Below, piece by piece: positions 41,835 through 51,263 of a stretch of 64,000 nucleotides of DNA. Source of the stretch: the human T2T-CHM13v2.0 reference genome, Homo sapiens; the NCBI RefSeq assembly GCF_009914755.1, contig NC_060926.1. One strand, given 5' to 3'. A program made the position numbers and the translations under genes. The notes under the pieces were generated by a model. It saw only the letters and a program-made list of their open reading frames with translations, made no database searches and was not told the origin of the DNA. Each line of letters starts with the position of its first letter. Within the stretch, counting starts at the first letter, position 1.

Positions 41835-42036
41835 TCTTGTGCCTAATTTATAAATTGAACTTTATCATAGGAATGTATGTATTTTCTTTGTGCCTAATTT
41901 ATAAATTAAACTTTATCATAGGGATGTATGTATAAAATAAAACACAGTATATATAATGTTTGGTATTATCTGTGGTTGCAGGCATCCATTGGAGGTCTTG
42001 GAATGTATCCCCCACGGATAAGAAGGGACTACTCTA
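41835..42036 (-). mobile_element. MER44/Tigger7 5' end with a 51-bp tandem duplication
   Basis: gtcttggaatgtatcccccacggataagaagggactact is the reverse complement of the MER44 left TIR. Confidence 0.8.
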
Positions 42037-42074
42037 TACTGCTTTTTATAGAGAATGTGCATCTTTAAAATATT

Positions 42075-42255
42075 TTAATGTTAATTCTTTTATTTATTTT
42101 TCTTGCCGAATTACTCTGGCTAGGACTCCCAGAGTATTCTCTATTGAATGGATGTAGCAGGATTGGTCATTCTTGTCTTGTTGCTGATCTTAGAGGGAAA
42201 GCTGTTTGCTCATCAATGTCCACTGTGGGCTCATCACATATGGCCTTTATTATGT
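42075..42255 (-). mobile_element. L1M ORF2 fragment (original HERV-L insertion site)
   Basis: tctggctaggactccc...cttgtcttgttgctgatcttagagggaaagct...tatggcctttattatgt. Confidence 0.75.
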
Positions 42256-42640
42256 TGTGATGGTTAATACTGAGTGTCAACTAGATTGTATTGAAGGATA
42301 CAAAATATTGATCCATGGTGTGTCTGTGAGGGTGTTGCCAAAGGAGGTTAACATTTGAGTCAGTGGGCTGGGAAAGGCAGTCTCAACTTTAATCTGGGTC
42401 GGCACAATCTAAGCAGCTGTCAGCATAGCTAGAATATAAGCAGACAGAAAATTGTGAAAAGAGACTGGCCTAGCCTCCTAGCCTACATCTTTCTCTTGTG
42501 CTGGATGCTTTCTGCCCTCGAACATCAAACTCTAAGTTCTTCAGTTTTGGAACTCGGACTGGCTCTCCTTACTTCTCAGCTTGCAGATGGCCTATTGTGG
42601 GACCTTGTGATCATGTGAGTTAACACTTAATAAATTCTGC

Positions 42641-42664
<24 letters not shown>
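42256..42664 (+). mobile_element. Major 5' part of the HERV-L 5' LTR (MLT2A1-like), displaced and inverted, ending in (TA)n
   Basis: tgtgatggttaatactgagtgtcaac...ttaataaa...(ta)n. The missing LTR tail is the piece at 41293-41351. Confidence 0.92.
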
Positions 42665-42675
<11 letters not shown>

Positions 42676-42844
42676 ATAAATTTGCATAAGAACCATGAGA
42701 CATCACTTTTACTGTGATACACAATTTACTGAAAAGAGTAATTATTTTAAAGACATTTATTTACATTTTTAGAAGGGGATTTGAGAAACATAAAAACATG
42801 ACAGAGCACTCCATAGGCCACTTTACACACTAAAATATATATAG

Positions 42845-44984
42845 TGAAACCCTTCACTATAAATATCTCTATTACCCACCCCCTCAACCCTTTTGCAGTA
42901 TCCAAAATCTCTTTCGTGATTTCTTTGACTGGCTCTGTCATAAATCGTTTGAAGTCATACACAACATCTCGACACAGATTTTTCCAGCAGAAATTCATTG
43001 TTTCAGGCTTGATGAATATCACGGCTTGTTTTTTTTAAACAATGGTGGCATCTTCAATCATATAATCCATCAAGATTTTCATAATGCCCTCTCTATCAGG
43101 ATTCTCTTCCATAACATTGACAATCTTATACATAGAATACTGTGCATAATGAGCCTGAAAAGTTCTTATGAGTCCTTGATCTACAGGCTGAATTAGACAT
43201 GTTGTCTTTGGAGACAAGTAGACCACTTCAGTGCTTTCAGTGTTGAACTCATATGGGTTTCTTGGTAGCCAAGGGCATTGTCTGTTATCAAAATAACTTT
43301 AAAAGGAAGTCCCTTACTGGCAAGGTCCTTCCTGACTTCAGGGATAAACCATCAATGGAACTAAACCAGAAAATGAGTTCTCATTGTCCAAATCTTCTTT
43401 TTGTACAACTAAAAGACTGTAACCTGGTGTTTATCTTTTCCCTTCAATGCTCAGGTGTTTGAAGCTTTATAGATGAGGGTAGTCTTTATCATGAACCCCA
43501 CTACATTTGCACAAAACAGCAGAGTTAGCCTATCCCTTCCTGCCTAAAATCCTAGTGCTTGCTTCACTTCCTTACTAAAAATGTCCTTTGTGTCATTATT
43601 TTTTTTTCAAGAATAGGGCACTTTCATCTACATTAAAAATCTATTCAGACAGATATTCTTTCTCCTCAATGATTTTTCTAACAGTGTCTGGGAACTCTTC
43701 TGCTGCCTCTTGGTTAGCAGAATATGCTTCTCCTGTTATCTTGATAATTTTAAAACTAAACTTCTTTTTAAAATTATCAAACCATTCTTTACCGGCATTA
43801 AATTCTCCAGCTTTAGCTAGTTCACCTTCCTTTTGCCTTAAGTTGTCAAATAATGACTTTGCTTTTTGTCAAATTATATTAGAGTCTATATGTATGCCTT
43901 TCCTATAACAATCCCGCACTCACACAAAAGCTATATTTTTAATACAAGATAAAAAGGTATTTAGCAAAAAGTGCAAGGTTTTTATGCCTGCTGGCATAGC
44001 TGTAGTGGTGGCTTCACGAATTTTCTTTTATTTCTTTACAATAGTCCTTATGCCAGATTCATTTATCTTGGAGTGGCGGGCAACCATAGTTGCAAAACTC
44101 AATCTAACGTCAACTCCTCCTTGTAATGTCATGAATCTTCTATTCTTCTTGGGAGCACTTCCATCCTTACTAGTGACACTTTGTGTAGGTCCTATGGTGT
44201 TATTCGAGGTTTACAGTATTGTGCTAAACATAATAAATTTGCATAAGTACCATGAGACATTACTTTTACTGTGATACACAATTTACTAAGGAGAGAAATT
44301 ATTTTAAAGACATTTATTTACATTTTTAGAAGGGGATTTGAGAAACATAAAAACATGACAGAGCACTTCATAGGCCACTTTACATACTAAAATAGGTAAT
44401 AATAATATACATAATTTTGCAAGCATAAACACTCAGGTATACTAATAGTTACATGGGTGGAACAGTTATGAGCAGATGTAACCATATACATACAGAAATA
44501 TGTCTAAAAGTAAAATGCTCACACAGAGATGATTAGCTTCACATGACATGTTCAGTGGATACTTGCAACACTTGAGCTCACCGTAATAGTGTGAGGAGGT
44601 GGCTACAAAATTATTGTAGTAGTACAGTATATGCTATAATTGTATGCAGTTATGATTTAATACTGCATCTGTACATTTGTTTAAATTTCTCTAGGCTGTG
44701 AATGGTAACATGCATGCTTTGTAAGTGTATAAGTTTTAGTTTAACTTTTTATAATAGATTTGTGTATTTATGGTAGTAAGTTGTAGACTAGCAACTACTT
44801 ATAATTTATGCATTCATGATACATCTAATTTTTAATTTTTTAATATTTTTATGCTACATGGTTCTTCTGTGAGTTTCTTCAAATTGCTGCAAATCTTCAA
44901 AATTAATCCAATATATGCATTGCAAAAAGTCCACCTATAAGTGGACACACACAATTCAAACCCATGTTGTTCAAGAGTCAACTA
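42845..44984 (-). mobile_element. Tigger2 (pogo-like DNA transposon) 5' and central portion with a decayed transposase
   Basis: TIR cccatgttgttcaagagtcaact at about 44961-44984. DDE-domain peptides VYLSPKTTCLIQPVDQGLIRTFQAHY and WKNLCRDVVYDFKRF. Confidence 0.9.
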
Positions 44985-45059
44985 TATACAGTAATAAAAG
45001 TTATGTGAATATGGTCATTCTTGCTTTCTTTCTCAACATATCTTATTGGATTGTAATCA

Positions 45060-45134
45060 CCTATTTTCAAACCCTGGTTGGTCACAGGTCACTAAGTTGC
45101 AGAAAGCAAATCTAAGGATAAGGAGGGAGTATTA
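45060..45134 (+). mobile_element. MER44/Tigger7 3' end
   Basis: ggttggtcacaggtcactaagttgcagaaagcaaatctaaggataaggagggagtatt matches the MER44 right terminus. Confidence 0.7.
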
Positions 45135-46436
45135 TATTGGAAAATTCCAAAGCCAAGAGGGAGCCAAAGACAAGTACGCTACAGAGATCTGAAGTCTGGT
45201 ATTAACAGCTACAACAAGTGTTAAACACAGCCAAACACATAGCCATACTAACAGAAATCTTCACACTAAAGGCCTGTTTGCCTCAATTCCTATTGCTTAA
45301 TACACGTCCAACTTAAAAAAAAGTATAAAGCATGTAGAAGGGCAAGAAGAAACACAGATAAAAAGGTGAATCAATCATCTGAACCAGACTCAGACATGAT
45401 ACAGATATTGGTCTTTAATGGAACAAGTAAACATACAGATGGTTAATGTAGACAGAGTGGTGGAAACACTAAGAAAGGGTCAATTAATATAAAGGACAGC
45501 TACATGAAATGAATGAAAAAATATCACGAGGAGCAGGAGGGATAAATTCAGAACACTCTCTTTTAAGATTCTTGTACTGACTGGTAAATGTGATTACAAA
45601 AACACACACATACACGTAACATTGGAAAAGGGGGACACAAAAAGCAAGAAAACTGTAAGAGACACCTGCAAAAAGGTATCTGCATTATATGAAATTGCAT
45701 AGTGATACTTGAAGGTGAATTTAAATTATTAAAAATGGCATTGTAAACTCTGGGACAATTCCTGAAAAAAAGAGTAACAAGAAGTATAAATGAGACATAT
45801 GCTTAGAAATGAAATAGAATAATATAAAATGCTCAATTAAAACTAGAGAAAGTCAAGAAAAGGGTGGAAAGAAACAAATAACAGATGCAACAAGCAGAAA
45901 ATGACAGATTTTATTCCAACTATACCAATAATCACTTAAGATGTGTATTCAGTGAAAATATCAATTAAAATAAAAAGATTAGTTAAAAAATCAAGACCCA
46001 ATGTAATGGTTAATGTTATGTCTCAGCTTGACTGGGCTTAGGGATGATCAGATCACTAGTAAAACATTATTCCAGGTTGTGTCTGTAGGGTGTTTCCAAA
46101 AGAGATCAGCATTTGAATCAGTAGACTGGGTAGACAAGATCACTGTTACCAATGTGCGTGGCATCATTCAATTTATTGAGGTCCCAAATAGAAGAAAAGG
46201 CAAATAAAGACCAAATTTATGCTCTGTGTTTTGAGTTGGGACATTCATATTCCTCTGCTCTTGGACACTTGCACTCTTGGTTCTCAGGCCCTCAGATTAA
46301 TAAATTACCTCACTGGCTTTGCTGGTTCTCCAGCTTGTACATGGCATATCACGGAACTTCTCAGCCTCCAAAATCATTGCATGAGACAGTTCTCATAATG
46401 AATCTTTTCATACACACACACATATATGTATATACA

Positions 46437-48416
46437 CAATCATATATAGCATAGCAATGTTTTGGTAACAAAGTATGACCATATATTGTGATCCCATAAG
46501 ATTATAATGCTGTATTTTTATTTACTTTTCTGTATTTAGATATATTTAGGTATACAAATACCATGTGTTACAATTGCCTACAGTATTTAGCACTGTAACT
46601 TGCTGTGCAGGTTTGCAGCCTAGAAGCAATAGGCTACACCATATAGCGGGGTTTAAAAACACAATCCTGAATGACATAATCCTGAATGTGAAAATTTGAA
46701 AAGATCAAAACACCTAAAAGTCTAAAATCCTAAATATCACAATCTATAGAGTTCAAAATCCCAAAAATATAATTCATTTTTATATTTAAAAGTACATTTT
46801 AAAATTATTTCAAAGGCACTTATTTACATTTTTAGAAGGGGATTTGAGAAACATGAAAACATGACAGAGTACTTCATAGGCCACTTTATACAATAAAATT
46901 GGTAATAATATACATATATATTTGCAAGCATAAACACTCAGGTACGCTAATAGTCATATGGGTATGAGAATTATGAGCAGATGTAACCATATATACAGAA
47001 ATAGGTCAAAAAGTGAAATTTTACTATGGTCAGTAATTGTGTGCATCCAACTTTATAACTGTGGCTATCTGAAATACCATGATAGAAAAACTTAGTCTTT
47101 TATAAAGATTAATCAAAAACCATGATTGATCTCCACTGCATATGTACTTGTTCAAAGAGCCAAGATCTCAAAAAATTGTATCATTCACAAATGTGGAGGC
47201 ACAAAAAGGACATATTTTTCATTTACTGAAGAAGTTCCAACAATTTTACATATAAACACAAATAAAGTCAACACTGTGACAATGCACTTTTTTGAAGTCA
47301 AATCTGTGGGGAAAAAAAATGCATGAAATGAATTAGAACTCTCCAGAAGTCTTTACACGATTTATACCGCCAATATTGCAAATGATGCAACAATGAAATA
47401 CATAGCATAGCAGATTTTATTACAGGGAGATTGTAGGCAATCACACTGGGAGCTGGCCAACTTTCACAATCATTAACTTTATTTTGCAGTCTTGCATCAC
47501 AATGAGTAATTGCCTTTTGCTTTTTAAAGCATGGTTTTCCTCAGAGAATTTGTTAGCATTCATTTTCTAAGAATATGGTGCTGTTCTTTTTGAAACCCTT
47601 CTATCATTTGATATACACCGACATGAGCATTCCCTATTACATTTTCTAATCTTCTGTGCCATGTTTCTGTTGTTTGGGTATGTGGAATTCCATTCTACAT
47701 GTACTCATACCGAGACTACAAATTTGGTGGAAAAGATACTGGTGATTGAACAGCAACACCATTTCATTAGTATCTTCTTATTCTATCAAGCACATAATTA
47801 TTTTTGAACCAGTCAGTAATTTCCTGGATTTTTCAAGCAAATGTGGCTTTAATTCATTAAAATCTCCTGGAATGTCATCATCTGGAAGGATGTCTGCCAA
47901 TGCAGACAAATGACACATTTTTAAACTGAAGTTTTTGTCGTTGACTTATCCTGTGGCCATTTCATTCATCTAGATTTTCTGCCAGATGGAAATTAAGGCA
48001 GTAACAAGGTACTAGTTTCCTCTAACAGGATGCAACTAATATGAAGCAACTATGCTGCATACAACAAAAAAACACAGTAATCCCTTCTCTAGAATTTTGC
48101 TTTCAGGATTTCAACATTTGGGATTTAAATTTTGGGGATTATAATTTCTGGGATTTTAGACATTAGAAATTTTAGACTTTAGGGATTTTGATCTTTAGGA
48201 ATTTTGATCTTTCAGGACATCAGCATTCAGGATTGTGGTGTTCATGACTGTGTTTTGCAGGACCATGATTGGCATCATGTATAGCCTATATGTGTAGTAG
48301 GCTACACACATAGCCTTCTACGCTTGTGAAAGTGCATTCTATGATGTTTGCACAACAATGAAATTTAATGATGCACTTCTCAGAACTTATCCCTGTCATT
48401 AACTGATGCATGACTG
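46437..48416 (-). mobile_element. Tigger3a/MER7-type MITE (46437-46647 plus 48277-48416), split by Ricksha
   Basis: gatcccataagattataat...ttacaattgcctacagtatt...ataggctacaccatatagc resumes at ctatatgtgtagtaggcta...ttctcagaacttatccctgtcattaactgatgcatgactg. Confidence 0.88.
46648..48276 (-). mobile_element. Ricksha-type MULE element with both termini and a transposase C-terminal remnant
   Basis: Inverted arrays of aatcc/ggatt subterminal repeats at 46650-46770 and 48090-48270. Degenerate 9-bp TSD ccatatagc / atgtatagc. Confidence 0.82.
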
Positions 48417-48577
48417 CATGACTGCATGACTGTATGACCGCATGATTGTATGACTGTATGACTGTGTGACTGCATGACTGCATGGCTGCATGACTGTATG
48501 ACTGTGTGACTGCATGACTGTATGACTGTATGACTGTATGACTGCATGACTGCATGACTGCATGACATGATGCATGA
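48409..48577 (+). repeat. 8-bp tandem repeat (CATGACTG/TATGACTG)n, about 21 units
   Basis: Directly visible; it produces the SHAV/SYSH repeat ORFs. Confidence 0.95.
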
Positions 48578-51263
48578 TCCTGCCTAATACACTCAATTAT
48601 ATCCACCCACAAGAAAGTCACTTCAATATAAAGATATATAAGTTAAAAATAAGAGGATGGAGAAAGATACACCATGGTAACACTAATCAAAGTAAAGCTA
48701 GAGTAGCTATGATGATTTCAGACAAAGCAGAACAAATAAATTTATTAAGGATAAAATAAGCTATTAAATAATCTTAAAGGAGTCAATTCTCCAATAAATA
48801 TAACAATCCTAGACACATATTTATCTAAAAACAGTGTCAAAATGAGGAAACATTGATACATCAGAAAGGGGGAACAGGCAAATCTAATTTTGGAGACTTC
48901 AATACCCAGATCAGTACTTCTCAAAACTGTCAAAGTCATCTAAAACAAGAAGAGTCTGAGAAACTGTCACAATCAAAAGTTACCTAATGAAAAATGATTA
49001 TTAACATAATAGGGTATATTTATTGGGATCCTTGAACAGAAATAGGACATTAAACAAAAACCAATAAATTGAAGTAATAGACTTTAATTAATAACAATTT
49101 ATCAATATTTGCTCATTATTTATGACAAATGTACCACAGTAATGTAAGCTGTTAACAATAGGGGAAACTGTATGTAGAAACTGTCTGTGCAATTGTCACA
49201 ACTTTTCTGCAAATCTAAAATGATTATAAAATTAAAAGTTTATTAAAAAATAAAGAGTGCAAATAAACATTTAGACATCTCTAACTTTGAAAAGAGAAAA
49301 GAGGGAGATCAAAGTTAAAGAGTTCAAATATTCTTACATTATTAAGAAGGCATTCAAATATTCTTGCATTATTAAGAAGGAAGCTGCAGGTAAAGATGGT
49401 AATTAAATGTATCTTTTGTTAAATTGAGTATGATACATTAGCCTCTATACTGACCTATTTTTTCACAATGGGCAAGGACATATATTGATGAAGATAGCAA
49501 CTTCAGCAATTGTCTTCTGGAGTCCAGTGTTCCCTGTTCCCCTCAGTCATCCCTACTGACCTAAGAGCACTGTCCTTTATTGCCAACCCAAGCTGTCTAT
49601 TTTGATAGGAAGACATAATTTTCACTCTTTCTTCCAGTAATAAAGAAACTTTGGTCAACGTTTGGAAATGAATTGCCTGAAAGCTCTATAGCAATTCCAA
49701 ATCTCTCAATATATTGATTTTTCCTGCTTTGCTAACCATCACTTTGTGATACAGAGCACACTTTATAGGGCATCTACTTTCTGCAGCAGTTCTCTTTCAT
49801 ACCCATACTTTTATAGCTTTGCTTCTTCAATAATATTTTATTGTTCATAGATTCTATAGTTTCTGTTCATCAAGAATCAATCATGCATATTATCTTAAAG
49901 TGCTATTCTCTCTCTTTTTCTCTCTTCCTCTCTTTCCTCTTTCCGTTTCTCTCTTTACCTATCTCCCTAGCTATTTTATCCATATATTATATTATTGATA
50001 ATTTCCCTATGGTCTGGAGACATTTGTTGTCAGAGGAAAAGGCTGAGAGGAGGGTGGTGTATGCATCAATCATTTGAAAGAGAAATCTCCTCCACACCGT
50101 TACTCATGTTTCAGTCATTCTGTGTAGTGCCTGTGAAAGTTCTGCCCAATGAGGTATTTAGCTTAAATCAATATTTTTATAAGATGCCTTTGCAACACAA
50201 GTTGCATAAGCTTTAAAAGACAGAAAAACAGGAATCGACAGCTGGGCAATTTCACATAATAATGAGCATTACTAGTGCTCACCAAGTGACCTAGATAATA
50301 TCACTATTTTGTTTTAGGGTTTTGATCTTTAACAGCAAATGACTCTACTAATGGATTGGAGTTGGTCATAGGCACCAAAAGGATACTTATTAAATTATTT
50401 ATAAAATGCCTAGAAAATAGAAATCATATATGAATAACACATAAAGGCAAGATGTAATATTCTAGAAAGATTTTTAAATGACATTTATTTTTCTGTATTA
50501 GTAATTGTAAAAAAAGTATATATATGCTTAATATGTTAGCAGTAAAAACTCAGATTTAAAAATTGTTTAAATATATTCTATACTACATATTTTAAAAGAT
50601 ACAGTAAATAGTGTGTTTTATTCAAAAAAGTCACACTATGGTACTATGATATAGTATTGAAACTGTATGACTCACTAAGTATAACATTCTATGTACTGTA
50701 TTTTCTAAATTAAGAAAATAGATAAGTAAATTATCCTTTTCTGGCAAATATCTATACTGTCTAGTGCTACAAAATGCTATAGAGCAATCAGTAGGATAGT
50801 TTATTTCAAAGTAAAAACTTTTCTTCTTTTGTTTTCACCAAGTAAATAAATTCATGTGGTTTATTCTTTATAACACCACAGTCGTGGCTGGGAATGCAAA
50901 TATTTATTTGTTAATATGTCTCCTTTTTTAGTCAAAACTCTTATTTCTTTCTTCCATATATATTAGGGAAGTTGATATCTTAATAAAATGCTGACGCTAC
51001 TATTTCTTACTTGCCATTTTATTCATTTATTTAATCCAAAACCTTTACCTGTGCCTGCTTTTATAAGATTCTGATCGGAATCAATTCAAAATGCCTACTT
51101 GCTATCATATTAATCTTCAAGAAGAACAAATTTATCAATGACTACAAATTGATATAAATAACTTTAATTTTTAATCCTCACAATTTTTCAATTTGAATAT
51201 TATTGTCGTCACAGTTTTCACATCTAAGACATGCCAGAATAAATGATTAAATAAAAATATAAA

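Larger units (their letters stand above)
46002..48591 (+). mobile_element. MLT2D/B-like solo LTR (46002-46436 plus tail 48579-48591), split by Tigger3 and Ricksha
   Basis: tgtaatggttaatgttatgtctcagcttgactgg...; tail cctgcctaataca. TSD cccaa (45997-46001) and ctcaa (48592-48596). Confidence 0.8.
45140..49255 (+). mobile_element. Old L1M (MC/MD-like) fragments: ORF1, intergenic region, ORF2 start and 3' end; host of the nested stack at 46002-48591
   Basis: gaaccagactcagacatgatacagatattgg; KLKIRGWRKIHHGNTNQSKARVAMMISDK (EN domain, 48574-48759); 3'-end motifs at 48905-49255. Confidence 0.7.

Noticed and set aside
42747-44274. Tigger2 transposase as a TIGD-like domesticated gene
   Set aside because: The start codon appears mutated, the frame is fragmented and the element is broken by the inversion.
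46650-46770. Short spaced repeats (aatcc/aaaatc) superficially like a CRISPR or iteron array, also at 15520-15690 and 48090-48270
   Set aside because: The units are short and degenerate with no unique spacers. They are Ricksha subterminal repeats in eukaryotic DNA.
48286-48621. Repetitive S/H/Q-rich ORFs in three frames
   Set aside because: They are translations of the 8-bp tandem repeat, which lacks stops on that strand.
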